UHGV virus genome: UHGV-0385519
From: a virus
Strand: one strand, 5' to 3'
Length of the DNA: 42,329 bases
The notes under the pieces are model-generated. The model was not told where the DNA came from and ran no database searches. It was given only the letters and a program-made list of their open reading frames with translations. Each line of letters starts with the position of its first letter. Position 1 is the stretch's first letter. Of the stretch, positions 16,119 through 25,111 are shown in pieces. The translations under genes were made by a program, and so were the position numbers.

Positions 16119-16391
16119 ATGAAACATAAAGGATTAATTATTGGATTGGCAGTAGGATTAAGTTTTTCAGGAAGTACAGCAATGTTGGCAAACAACTTAA
16201 ACAAGCAGAAATTGAATGAAGCTAAACAAGAATTACACTTATACAAAGAATTGAACGAACGTCAACAAGATATTATTTTAGAATATAAAGTTGTATCAGG
16301 AATTGAAGTATCAAGTATCACAAAAACATTAGACAATAAAGAGTTAATCAAACAACTAGATGAAAAAATTAAAAAATTGGAGGAAAAATAA
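16119..16391 (+). CDS. Secreted or membrane-anchored coiled-coil protein (90 aa) with N-terminal signal peptide-like segment
   Basis: MKHKGLIIGLAVGLSFSGSTAMLA, then coiled coil. AGGAGG RBS. Confidence 0.5.
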   Translation: MKHKGLIIGLAVGLSFSGSTAMLANNLNKQKLNEAKQELHLYKELNERQQDIILEYKVVSGIEVSSITKTLDNKELIKQLDEKIKKLEEK

Positions 16392-16392
16392 A

Positions 16393-16554
16393 ATGAATAA
16401 AAATTTAGAAGTTTTAACAGCTGTATTGGTGGCATTTTTAGTAGGTATCTTTACAATCGTATTCACAGGTTCAAGGGATGCTGTAATGATAGCATGGTCT
16501 ATATCATTCGTATTAACGTTCTTAGCAACTCAAACATTTAAGGAGGATAACTAA
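16393..16554 (+). CDS. Small membrane protein (53 aa, 2 TM)
   Basis: Start at ATG 16393 after TTGGAGGAAAAATAAA (preferred over the track start 16360). Confidence 0.45.
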   Translation: MNKNLEVLTAVLVAFLVGIFTIVFTGSRDAVMIAWSISFVLTFLATQTFKEDN

Positions 16555-16555
16555 A

Positions 16556-16765
16556 ATGAATTTATTACAAGCGTATGAAGTGGTTGACAGTCATTTTTTA
16601 GTAGTGAAAGAATCAAATGGTTTGACTGCTCTAGTAATTGATACAACAAGTGATAAGTCAGTAGCACGATTATTTAATAAGTATAATGAGTTGACAAAGG
16701 TATTAAATATCAGTTACAATGAATCTTGGGGCGGAATTGAATTAGTAATTGGAGAGGAAGAATAA
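16556..16765 (+). CDS. Hypothetical protein (69 aa) ending in IGEEE
   Basis: AAGGAGGATAACTAAAATG RBS. Confidence 0.45.
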   Translation: MNLLQAYEVVDSHFLVVKESNGLTALVIDTTSDKSVARLFNKYNELTKVLNISYNESWGGIELVIGEEE

Positions 16766-16769
16766 AAAA

Positions 16770-16979
16770 ATGACAAACTTAGAAATGATTGAACGATTAG
16801 ACGCACGAACATATTTAATGCAAGAAGAATTCATAGACAAAGGTTTAACACAAACTGAAATTGACAACTTTGTTAAAGAAGGTGTACTATTATATCTGTT
16901 ATGTTTAGAAGAATATCACGAATCAACAGAAAGACATATTGAACTATTAAAAGAAGAAGTTTTTGGAGAGGAAGAATAA
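16770..16979 (+). CDS. Hypothetical protein (69 aa) ending in FGEEE
   Basis: Start ATG 16770 after GGAGAGGAAGAATAAAAAA. The same 20-nt junction recurs at 16962. Confidence 0.45.
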   Translation: MTNLEMIERLDARTYLMQEEFIDKGLTQTEIDNFVKEGVLLYLLCLEEYHESTERHIELLKEEVFGEEE

Positions 16980-16981
16980 AA

Positions 16982-17215
16982 ATGAAAACAGAACGCATTA
17001 TTGCAATTGATAATATTTTAAGTGAAATGGAAAATGATTTCAGAAGTAAAGGGATTTCACAAGATGACATAGAAAAATATGCAACATACACAGTATTAGC
17101 AATGTTAGGTGTATTTTCTCAAAATAATATTGATGTAGAAAAAGCCATTGAACTATTGACAAATATGTTACAAGGTAATAAAAAAGGTGGTTCAGCACGT
17201 GAAAAAAGAAGCTAA
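16982..17215 (+). CDS. Hypothetical protein (77 aa)
   Basis: GGAGAGGAAGAATAAAAATG junction. Confidence 0.45.
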   Translation: MKTERIIAIDNILSEMENDFRSKGISQDDIEKYATYTVLAMLGVFSQNNIDVEKAIELLTNMLQGNKKGGSAREKRS

Positions 17216-17588
17216 ATTTAGTAAAGAAGTAGTAGAATACTTGAAATCAAAAGGAGCGGTTGTAAATGTTAACACAGCAACCATATATGACCGTGTGGGA
17301 CGTGCAGATATTGAAGCGTGTTACTTAGGGTATTATATCGCTTTAGAACTTAAAACAGGGAACTACCAGCCAGACCCATTACAAATTAGATACTTACAGG
17401 AGGTTAGATGTGCTGGCGGATATGGTTTACTATTAAGAGATACGCTTGGTGATTTGTATGACTTATTACAATATTTGGACGAATTAGACAATAGAGAATA
17501 CCAAGGCTTTGCAGATATTTATTACACATATGAACAACCAGATTTACCAGATATTACAGATGATAAGTTAGAGGTGTGGTACGATTGA
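17187..17588 (+). CDS. VRR-NUC domain nuclease
   Basis: PD-(D/E)xK-like motif GRADIEAC...YIALELK. Lies directly upstream of an SNF2-type helicase, a known pairing. The start may be GTG 17199. Confidence 0.6.
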   Translation: MVQHVKKEAKFSKEVVEYLKSKGAVVNVNTATIYDRVGRADIEACYLGYYIALELKTGNYQPDPLQIRYLQEVRCAGGYGLLLRDTLGDLYDLLQYLDELDNREYQGFADIYYTYEQPDLPDITDDKLEVWYD

Positions 17589-18877
17589 AAATAGGACAGA
17601 TTGAGTTATTAGAAACACAAATACAAGGTATTTCACAATGGAAAGAAAAACCATATGATTTAAGTGATGCTGGAACAGGAAAGACATATACTGCTCTTGG
17701 AGCATACTTGAAAAGTGGATGCGAAAAGTTATTAGTTATCTGTTTAGCACCTAAAGTTGCAGACTTTGCAGAGGATGGGGCTAAGATGGGTATTGAAATT
17801 ACACCACTAAATAAAGGAACAAAGAAAAATAAAGAGTTATTAGCAGATGCAAAAAGAGTTGCAATCTCATTTGAAAGTAGCTGGCGTGTGACTGAATTAT
17901 TGAAATGGGTTGATAAAGATACGTTCATTATCATTGATGAAGCCCACAAGGTGGGTGTTAGCTCTTCTAAAGTAACTAAGTTTGCTATGAAGTTATGTAA
18001 GAAAACACCTTATGTAAGACTGTTAACAGCAACACCAGTGAGTAATAGGAAGCTAGAGAACTACTACCCACAACTATACATGCTTAATGTATTCCGCAAG
18101 CCAAAGAAAGAGTTTGAGCAACTATTTGTAATTAAGCAAATGCGACAAATGGGTTCTATGCGATTTATGGACATTGTAGGTTATCAGAACGAGCATTTAT
18201 TAAAACAAATGATTGACCAATGCGCAGTGCGTTTCACACGTGATAAAGACTATTTCCCAGAAGATTATGTATATAAGACTAAAAAACCAGCGATGTATGC
18301 TAAGTTGAAAAAGAACCGCATGTACAAAGCGGATAACGGCGAAGTGATTGAATTAGACAATAGTAGTAAGCTATTTAATGCAATGCGTTGTGTGAGCCAT
18401 GGTTTCTTACTAGGAATCAATAAACAGGTAAGCAAAGAACCATTTGAACGATTAAACCAGATTCTTGAAACGCATAATAATGAGCGTATAGTTATATTTT
18501 ACAACTACAATGTGGAACTTGAAATGTTGAAACAGGTGTTAGACAAATTAAAACGCCCATATAGCGAATATAATGGCGCTAGCAAGGATTTAAAACAGTT
18601 TAAAGGTAAAGACAACGGTGTTGTGTTAGCACACTACAAATCAGCTTCTACAGGTATTAACGACTTTGTTATTGCTAACATTACAATATACAATAGCATG
18701 CCTTTAGAATCAATTAACTATGAACAATCTAAAGCACGTACAGACCGTTATGGTCAAACTAAGAAACCACTTTATTATCACATTGTACCTGAAACACCAA
18801 CCGAAAAAAAGATTTTTGAAACAGTTACAAACGGTAAAGACTTTACTAATGAAATGATGGAGGATATATTAAAATGA
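17576..18877 (+). CDS. SF2 DEAH-box helicase (SNF2-like)
   Basis: Walker A DAGTGKT, DEAH (IIIDEAHK), TAT motif III (LTATPVSN), and a C-terminal helicase domain. Confidence 0.7.
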   Translation: MVRLKIGQIELLETQIQGISQWKEKPYDLSDAGTGKTYTALGAYLKSGCEKLLVICLAPKVADFAEDGAKMGIEITPLNKGTKKNKELLADAKRVAISFESSWRVTELLKWVDKDTFIIIDEAHKVGVSSSKVTKFAMKLCKKTPYVRLLTATPVSNRKLENYYPQLYMLNVFRKPKKEFEQLFVIKQMRQMGSMRFMDIVGYQNEHLLKQMIDQCAVRFTRDKDYFPEDYVYKTKKPAMYAKLKKNRMYKADNGEVIELDNSSKLFNAMRCVSHGFLLGINKQVSKEPFERLNQILETHNNERIVIFYNYNVELEMLKQVLDKLKRPYSEYNGASKDLKQFKGKDNGVVLAHYKSASTGINDFVIANITIYNSMPLESINYEQSKARTDRYGQTKKPLYYHIVPETPTEKKIFETVTNGKDFTNEMMEDILK

Positions 18878-19050
18878 AAAAAGTAAAAACAGTATACGTG
18901 ACATACATGGACGGTAACGAAAGTAAAATTATAGCATTAGTTGAATTTGAACGTATTAGTATTTCAGAACGTTTCTTAGAAATTCGCTACGCTGGTTCAA
19001 AATCATTCGTATTGAATTTAGATAAATTAGTATATTATACAGTTCAATAG
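18874..19050 (+). CDS. Hypothetical small protein (58 aa)
   Basis: ATGA coupling. Not in the track. Confidence 0.35.
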   Translation: MKKVKTVYVTYMDGNESKIIALVEFERISISERFLEIRYAGSKSFVLNLDKLVYYTVQ

Positions 19051-19082
19051 TTGACAACTACTATAGTATGTGCTATAGTAGG
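19051..19082 (+). promoter_or_regulatory. Family-A promoter (TTGACA, then ACTACTATA-N8-TATAGTAGG)
   Basis: TTGACA 19051-19056, TATAGT 19074-19079. Confidence 0.6.
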
Positions 19083-19108
19083 TACATAAGATAAAGGGAG
19101 GAAACCAT

Positions 19109-19846
19109 ATGGAATTTTTAAGACTAAGAAAGAATGGTAAAGCGCCTTACAAAGAGGGTAGCTTTGGCGGTGAAGATAAGCAAGTTGTTAATGACTGGTT
19201 AAAACAAGGTGGTAACTATGGTATTTTAACTGGTAGAATTTCAGGAATTGCAGTAATTGATATTGACAATCATAATGGTGTTGATGGTGCTAAAAACTTA
19301 GATTCATTCTGCGAAGCATACGGAATTGACCTACCAGACACTAAAACAGTTATAACACCAAGTGGTGGAATGCACATGTATTTCAAATTAGATGAAAAGT
19401 ATAACGATACACAGTTCATTCAGAATCATAAAGAATTAGATGGTGTTGACTTCCAAACACATGGAAGATACATTGTGGGTTGGGGTTCACAAATTGATGG
19501 TAAGAAATATGTGCTTGTTAATAATGATGAAATGGCAGAGCTACCAGAAAAATGGCTTGACATGTTCACAGATAAAACGATTCAGAAAAAGAATAAGAAG
19601 CGCGAACGGAAATGGACTGCAAACTTACTAGGTGATATTATCGCTGGATGTGACGAGGGTGGACGTAATAACTGGTTAACCCAACAAATTGGTAAACTAT
19701 TCGCAACAGGTTTAGAAGATGAAGAAGTCTGGATTTGGTCGCAATATGTAAACCAGATTGGATGTACCCCACCATTACCATCTGATGAGGTAAAACGGAC
19801 CTATGAATCAGTTAAAAAACGAGAACAAAGGAGAATGGCAGAATGA
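19109..19846 (+). CDS. Bifunctional primase-polymerase (PrimPol, AEP superfamily) with PriCT-1-like C-terminus
   Basis: GNYGILTG...AVIDIDNHNG, HMYFKLDE, FQTHGRYIVGWGSQ. AAGGGAGG RBS. Confidence 0.7.
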   Translation: MEFLRLRKNGKAPYKEGSFGGEDKQVVNDWLKQGGNYGILTGRISGIAVIDIDNHNGVDGAKNLDSFCEAYGIDLPDTKTVITPSGGMHMYFKLDEKYNDTQFIQNHKELDGVDFQTHGRYIVGWGSQIDGKKYVLVNNDEMAELPEKWLDMFTDKTIQKKNKKRERKWTANLLGDIIAGCDEGGRNNWLTQQIGKLFATGLEDEEVWIWSQYVNQIGCTPPLPSDEVKRTYESVKKREQRRMAE

Positions 19847-20055
19847 GTAATAATATGCACATGTTTAGAAAACAATTTCCAAACGGTTGGTTAGTTGATG
19901 TCCAACACAACCCAGATGGGTTCAACGACCGTTATAGTACAAATTATCCATATTCAGTAATGATACAGAATGTAGAAAGTGGATTTGCTAGTTTTGAAAA
20001 TATTGAAACCGCGGAAGAAGTTTTTAAAATTATAGCAGACACCAAAAAATGGTAA
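19843..20055 (+). CDS. Hypothetical protein (70 aa)
   Basis: ATGA coupling to PrimPol. Confidence 0.45.
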   Translation: MSNNMHMFRKQFPNGWLVDVQHNPDGFNDRYSTNYPYSVMIQNVESGFASFENIETAEEVFKIIADTKKW

Positions 20056-20125
20056 ACAAAAACCCCACGCCGTAACGTGAGGTGGTGATAGTCTAAGGTG
20101 GGAGGAATCACCTTTACTAACTAAA
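20056..20125 (+). terminator. GC-rich structured region downstream of 19843..20055, probable terminator or structured RNA
   Basis: CCCACGCCGTAACGTGAGG dyad and GGTGAT...ATCACC followed by TTT. The GC-rich island ends the transcription unit ahead of the promoter at 20156. Confidence 0.3.
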
Positions 20126-20155
20126 AATATTATAACATAAAATTAATATTTTGTG

Positions 20156-20184
20156 TTGACAAATAAACATCAATATGTTAGAAT
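20156..20184 (+). promoter_or_regulatory. Sigma-A promoter TTGACA-17-TAGAAT (TGt extended)
   Basis: Consensus -35 and a near-consensus -10. Confidence 0.55.
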
Positions 20185-20214
20185 AATAATTATAAAACAT
20201 TAGGAGGAATTTAA

Positions 20215-20784
20215 ATGATTTTACATGATGGAATGTTAGTAAAACGCAAAGATAATGGGGCTAAAGGTGTAGCATATCAAATTTCTGGTAAAATGTGGAA
20301 AGTAAAATACCATGATGGAACACACACATATACCACACAATCAGCTTTTAAAAAGAATTTTGTTATTCCTGAATTAAAAATTGAATTTGAAGATGATTCA
20401 AAATGTGATGGTGTTGAAGCTGAACAAGAAGAAGTTATGACATATGATGAATATGTAGCTAGACAAAATGGGATTGAACCTGAAAAAGAAAAAAGTATGA
20501 CATATGATGATTACTTAAACCTGTCAGATGGTGTTGAACCTGATGTAGAAGTTTATTTTGAATCAGATTTGATTGACAATCAAATTCATTACACAGTTAA
20601 CGGTATTCAACCAATTCAAATAATGAAAGCTAACATGACAAAAGAAGAATTCCGTGGTTTCTTAGAAGGTAATATTCTAAAATACCCATTACGTTATAAA
20701 CACAAAAATGGCTTAGAGGACCTTAAAAAAGCAAAAACATACCTAACTTGGCTTATTGAAGATATTGAAGAAAGAGGACTTTAA
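20215..20784 (+). CDS. Hypothetical protein (189 aa) with internal acidic tandem repeats (MTYD(E/D)Y...G(I/V)EP). C-terminal region resembles DUF3310-type phage proteins.
   Basis: TAGGAGG RBS. C-terminal EGNILKYPLRYKHKNGLEDLKKAKTYLTWLIE. Confidence 0.45.
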   Translation: MILHDGMLVKRKDNGAKGVAYQISGKMWKVKYHDGTHTYTTQSAFKKNFVIPELKIEFEDDSKCDGVEAEQEEVMTYDEYVARQNGIEPEKEKSMTYDDYLNLSDGVEPDVEVYFESDLIDNQIHYTVNGIQPIQIMKANMTKEEFRGFLEGNILKYPLRYKHKNGLEDLKKAKTYLTWLIEDIEERGL

Positions 20785-20785
20785 T

Positions 20786-20992
20786 ATGAAAAATGTGAGA
20801 GTGATTAATAGACCATTTGGAAAATATAAAACTATACACGTACTATGTAATTTAAACAATGCTGATTATTTGGAGGTAACAAAATACCCAGATGGTGATA
20901 TAGTGGTAAGCATGGATACTAATATGCCAGAAGGTGATATTATTTTAACCATTGAGCAATTAGAAAAATTAGTAGAGGAGTTAAAGGAATGA
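20786..20992 (+). CDS. Hypothetical protein (68 aa)
   Basis: Start ATG 20786 after AGAGGA (preferred over the track start 20756). Confidence 0.4.
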   Translation: MKNVRVINRPFGKYKTIHVLCNLNNADYLEVTKYPDGDIVVSMDTNMPEGDIILTIEQLEKLVEELKE

Positions 20993-21468
20993 TTGAAAAA
21001 TTTGAACCCTTGTTTGAACCGTATGATAAGTATGCAGTTTCAAACATGGGATATGTAATAGACCGTGACACAGGTTTAACGGTCTGGAACTATTACGATG
21101 ATAATGGTAAACCATTCGTGGTATTAGAGGGAGAACACAAAAAAACTCGCAAGTTCTATATTGCTAATCTAGTAGCTGAAAGTTTTGTACGTAATGTTGA
21201 TAATTTAGGTTACATTTACTATAAGGACGGTAACAGCAATAATACGCAGTATACTAACTTAGGTTGGGCGATTAACCCACAGGAAGCAAAACAGCGCCAA
21301 GCACGACCACTTAGAAAAAAAGTAGAAGCAGAGCGGCACAGATTAATTGTTGAAATTAACAAAGCAATTGATAAAGGTAACTGGCTAAGAGCTAAAATGC
21401 TAGGTATTGTATTGTGGGAGCTAGAGGGAAACCCATGGTCAGAGCGTAACACACCGTCACAATATTAA
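20989..21468 (+). CDS. Free-standing homing endonuclease (NUMOD4 motif + HNH_3 domain)
   Basis: YAVSNMGYVI (NUMOD4-like) and YYKDGNSNNTQYTNLGW (HNH_3-like), with a basic C-terminal tail. Confidence 0.65.
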   Translation: MIEKFEPLFEPYDKYAVSNMGYVIDRDTGLTVWNYYDDNGKPFVVLEGEHKKTRKFYIANLVAESFVRNVDNLGYIYYKDGNSNNTQYTNLGWAINPQEAKQRQARPLRKKVEAERHRLIVEINKAIDKGNWLRAKMLGIVLWELEGNPWSERNTPSQY

Positions 21469-21480
21469 GGAGGTAGTTCA

Positions 21481-22248
21481 TTGAGTAATTTCAGTTATGA
21501 TGTACACTTTACAGGAAGCAAAGGAAACGCAGTATCAATCTTTAATAAACAAATTGGAGTATTAATTGATTTTGGAAAACCATACAAATATATTGAAAAG
21601 CATTTATACAATGTACAATTTATCCTTGTAACACATCGTCACGCAGACCATTTCATACCAACGGTATATAAGAAAATTCGTGAAAACTTTCCACACATTA
21701 AAATTTTAGCAAATGAAACAGTTAGCAATTTAATGTTTGATAAAGTTGGCATTGGTGCTGATGTGGTGTTTAGTGATAACTTTAGATTTCAGATTGGCAA
21801 TGTGGTATTCACAACAATTCAAAACTATCACGGTGAAAATGAAGAGTTCACAGACACACATGGTGTTATTATGGAGGATTTAGAAACAGGTGAGGTATTA
21901 TTATACGCTACTGATTTAAGCACAACAATAGATTATGAAGAATATTTAAATAAAAACTCTTTACAAATTGACCATTGTTTGTTAGAATCTAATTATGATG
22001 AAGAAGTAATTGGTTTCTATGAATCTACCAAAGCGCACACAGGGTTTGATATTTTTAGTAATGGTAGCTATAGACATTTAAGTAAAAAAAGCCATGAAAA
22101 ATTTATACAAAAGTATTGCAAAAAAGGGGCTAATGTGGTAGTATTACATCAGAGCGAAACTTACTCTTCATTTGATGGATTAATTAAACGCTCTAAACAA
22201 GCAATCACAATGGAGGATGTGGAATTATGGAAACAGAAAAAGAAATGA
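21481..22248 (+). CDS. Metallo-beta-lactamase fold hydrolase
   Basis: HxHxDH motif (VTHRHADHF). TTG start after AGGAGG. Confidence 0.65.
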   Translation: MSNFSYDVHFTGSKGNAVSIFNKQIGVLIDFGKPYKYIEKHLYNVQFILVTHRHADHFIPTVYKKIRENFPHIKILANETVSNLMFDKVGIGADVVFSDNFRFQIGNVVFTTIQNYHGENEEFTDTHGVIMEDLETGEVLLYATDLSTTIDYEEYLNKNSLQIDHCLLESNYDEEVIGFYESTKAHTGFDIFSNGSYRHLSKKSHEKFIQKYCKKGANVVVLHQSETYSSFDGLIKRSKQAITMEDVELWKQKKK

Positions 22249-22412
22249 GCTATAAAATGTTATTAATGTTAGACTATGGCTATACTGTAAATGACCTACT
22301 AAACACATTAGAGGAACGAAGAGATTTAATTAAAATGGGGTTCACATTTAACGAAATTTTCAAAGCTAAGTGGCTACGATTGAAAGCAGAGGATGAGAGA
22401 AATGGCTTATGA
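22227..22412 (+). CDS. Hypothetical protein (61 aa)
   Basis: ORF overlapping neighbours. Weak RBS. Confidence 0.35.
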   Translation: METEKEMSYKMLLMLDYGYTVNDLLNTLEERRDLIKMGFTFNEIFKAKWLRLKAEDERNGL

Positions 22413-23220
22413 GGTATCAATTAAAACGCAAGGTGTTCAAACTGTAGAGTTTGAAAATTACGACAAACTATTAAAAGAAGCTACATTACTGGCTGATGAA
22501 ATGCAACGCGTACAGGTTACAGAAGAGAATCAAAAGCACTATAAAACACTACTGGCGGAAGTACGAAAGCGTATCAAAGCATTAGACAAGGAAACCGTAT
22601 CAGTCAAAAACAAGTTATTAGAACCTTATCAATCAATAGATGAACAACGCAAAGAGCTAAAGGAGGTTTTGCAAAGTGCTATTACGTCAATTGATTCACA
22701 AATTAAAGAATACACCTACGCAGAGCAAGAGCTACGGAAAGAGAAAATCAAAGAGCTATTTATTAAATATCAGGTTTCATATAATGCGCCTAAGTGGTTA
22801 TCTTTTGATAAATTTATAGCAAAAAACAGAAGTTTGGTAACCAATAAGTCAACTTCACAGAAAACCATTACGCAAGCCATTGTAATGTATTTTGAGTTAT
22901 TTAAGCAAGATTATTCAGACCTAAAAGAGGTTGTAAGTAACAAGGATGAGCGTTCAGCCATTCTAATGAGTTACTCTAAGAATGGTTTCAATATGGATGA
23001 AGCCATTAAAGACTATCAAGAAATGATGGCAGAACGCAAACGTTTAGAAAAAGAACAAGAGCGCGTTAAGAAAACAAAAGTTCCTGAAATTATTATTTTA
23101 ACAGGAAATGAAGTGAAACCACTTGACAAACCAAAAGAAGTAGAGTATAGTATTATTAAGGTTAAGACATCAGACTTAGCCAAACTAAAAGACTTAGCTA
23201 TTGAGTGGGAGGAAATGTAA
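22402..23220 (+). CDS. Hypothetical coiled-coil-rich protein (272 aa), possibly recombination/replication associated
   Basis: Start probably ATG 22402 after GAGGATGAGAGAA. No catalytic motif recognised. Confidence 0.5.
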   Translation: MAYEVSIKTQGVQTVEFENYDKLLKEATLLADEMQRVQVTEENQKHYKTLLAEVRKRIKALDKETVSVKNKLLEPYQSIDEQRKELKEVLQSAITSIDSQIKEYTYAEQELRKEKIKELFIKYQVSYNAPKWLSFDKFIAKNRSLVTNKSTSQKTITQAIVMYFELFKQDYSDLKEVVSNKDERSAILMSYSKNGFNMDEAIKDYQEMMAERKRLEKEQERVKKTKVPEIIILTGNEVKPLDKPKEVEYSIIKVKTSDLAKLKDLAIEWEEM

Positions 23221-23511
23221 ATGATTATTAAAGAAGATTTATTGCGTTGCACGTATTTTTCAAAGGATTTAAAAGAAGGAAGTATCACATTTAAAAAACT
23301 GGTAGAGCGCAGAAATAAACACAATGCCCCAGAATTTGACTTTGATGGTGTTACGTTTTATGTTGAAAGTATGGAAGTAGAATATGAAACAAATGAGTTC
23401 CACGTTATGAGGGCTATTATTGTAAAAGAAGCAAAAGGCGGACAGTCAATTGAGAGATTTAATCTTGAAGTGGATTATAACGCAAACACAATGAGATTGG
23501 AGGAAATTTAA
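23221..23511 (+). CDS. Hypothetical protein (96 aa)
   Basis: TAAATGA coupling. Confidence 0.45.
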   Translation: MIIKEDLLRCTYFSKDLKEGSITFKKLVERRNKHNAPEFDFDGVTFYVESMEVEYETNEFHVMRAIIVKEAKGGQSIERFNLEVDYNANTMRLEEI

Positions 23512-23763
23512 ATGACTGAATTACCATTATGGAAGTTACACACATTAGAAGGTAAAAAAGAAGTAATCTTTATTAATGGAATAGCAACATATGGTGAGAG
23601 TTATATTATGATTGATAATGTACGTTTTGGATTTATTGAGTTTACAATGGTTAATAACTATGACGAGTACACTCTTAAAGGTACTGTATACGAAGCTGGT
23701 GATATTGAATTAATTAATATCTTCATTAATTACAATCAACGTTATATTATTTTAGGAAAATAA
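23512..23763 (+). CDS. Hypothetical protein (83 aa)
   Basis: TAAATGA coupling. Confidence 0.45.
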   Translation: MTELPLWKLHTLEGKKEVIFINGIATYGESYIMIDNVRFGFIEFTMVNNYDEYTLKGTVYEAGDIELINIFINYNQRYIILGK

Positions 23764-23843
23764 GGTACACAAGTTAGGGAAAGTATGTTATACTATTTAA
23801 GTAGTAAAAAAAAAAAATAAAAACAAATTGGAGGAATTTTAAT

Positions 23844-24560
23844 ATGTCAGAATTAAAAGAATTAGTAATTGTAAGTGTAGAGGATTCAGAAATTTCAACA
23901 AAATTACAGGTAGCTGAATTAGACTATTCCGCAATCTATGATGCTGTAGCATACAAAAAACAATACAACAAAGAAACAGAAGAATGGGAAGAATCAAAAG
24001 ATGCTGAAAAAGCATACGATGATGCTTTAGAAGTTGCTGGTGGTGCATTTGAAGAAGATGCAAAAATTAAATTATGGGTTGACGTTAAAAACGGTGTAGC
24101 GTACTTCAAAGAGGGTTCTGGTTTCATTAAAGTAGAAAAACCTAAGGTTACTTTGAAACGTATTAAAAAAGCACCTATTGTAGCAATTCAAGATAGCCCT
24201 AAAGGACGTGCAGTAGTGGTAGAACACAAAGAACACTATTACGCATTTAACTTTAATACAAGTACATGGTTAGCTAAGAAAAAAATGTTCATTCCTAACC
24301 CAGCTAAATTGCAAAAAGCTAAAGTACGTTTCAACGAAATTTTTGAAGATGTAAATATTTCATGGGAAACAGCAGAAAAGGCTGTAGGGTTGGTAGTAGA
24401 TTGTTCAGTAAATAAAAACCCACTAGACCAAAATAGTCCGTTTGGTTGGTTAGAAGCTTTGCCACTTGACCCAGATGACCAACCAGAGAAACCAGTTGAT
24501 GATGAAGAATTTATTAAAGGTAACAGCATTGATATTTCAGATGATGAATTACCATTCTAA
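23844..24560 (+). CDS. Putative ssDNA-binding protein (T7 gp2.5-like) with SSB-type acidic C-terminal tip ...DISDDELPF
   Basis: C-terminus is acidic and ends in DDELPF (SSB tips are DDD(I/L)PF; gp2.5 ends in acidic-F). The N-terminus is not a canonical OB-fold SSB. TTGGAGGAATTTTAATATG RBS. Confidence 0.5.
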   Translation: MSELKELVIVSVEDSEISTKLQVAELDYSAIYDAVAYKKQYNKETEEWEESKDAEKAYDDALEVAGGAFEEDAKIKLWVDVKNGVAYFKEGSGFIKVEKPKVTLKRIKKAPIVAIQDSPKGRAVVVEHKEHYYAFNFNTSTWLAKKKMFIPNPAKLQKAKVRFNEIFEDVNISWETAEKAVGLVVDCSVNKNPLDQNSPFGWLEALPLDPDDQPEKPVDDEEFIKGNSIDISDDELPF

Positions 24561-24567
24561 AATATTT

Positions 24568-24617
24568 AAAGAAAGTTGACCTAAATGGTTGACTTTCTTT
24601 TTTTCTCATGATATACT
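24568..24617 (+). promoter_or_regulatory. Family-C terminator-promoter cassette copy 3
   Basis: AAAGAAAGTTGACC...GGTTGACTTTCTTT hairpin plus a T8 run. TTGACT 24589-24594, 17 nt, TATACT 24612-24617. Confidence 0.55.
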
Positions 24618-24650
24618 TAGTTCATAAGATAAGAGGAGGAAGTAATAGAC

Positions 24651-24842
24651 ATGAGAAAAATTACAAACTGGACGTATGAAAGAGGGATGCAACGCTTAGC
24701 ATGGTGGAAAGAAGAGGGTTCAGAAGTTAAAACAACTAAAGGTATTAATTGTATTCACTGTTATAGAGATGGTAAATATATTGGCACAATGGACGACAAA
24801 AGTCACATTGGCGGATATACACTAAAACAGGTGGTAAACTAG
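24651..24842 (+). CDS. Hypothetical protein (63 aa)
   Basis: AAGAGGAGGAAG RBS. Confidence 0.45.
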   Translation: MRKITNWTYERGMQRLAWWKEEGSEVKTTKGINCIHCYRDGKYIGTMDDKSHIGGYTLKQVVN

Positions 24843-24854
24843 GAGGGAATGACA

Positions 24855-25079
24855 ATGAAAAATACATTCAAGATAGGACAATATGTAGAACTTAAAAATG
24901 ACAATCACAATGGTATTGGTAGTAAAGGTGATAAGGTAGTTATACTAGCTAAACTATTTAAACCAGTAGATGGGTGGGAGTGCATTGTTCGCTTTGCAAA
25001 TGGAGCTACAGAGGGTTTTCTTGAAAAAGATTTAAAATTGGCAACAAAAACACTTGACAGAATTGTAGTAGTAAAGTAA
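24855..25079 (+). CDS. Hypothetical small beta-rich protein (74 aa)
   Basis: Start ATG 24855 after TAGGAGGGA. Confidence 0.45.
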   Translation: MKNTFKIGQYVELKNDNHNGIGSKGDKVVILAKLFKPVDGWECIVRFANGATEGFLEKDLKLATKTLDRIVVVK

Positions 25080-25111
25080 ACTATTAATGTAACACAAAGG
25101 GAGGAAAACAT

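Noticed and set aside
23806-23818. A13 homopolymer upstream of the SSB-like gene
   Set aside because: It lies in a 5' leader/intergenic region, not in coding sequence. It may affect expression by slippage but there is no evidence for a phase-variable ORF.
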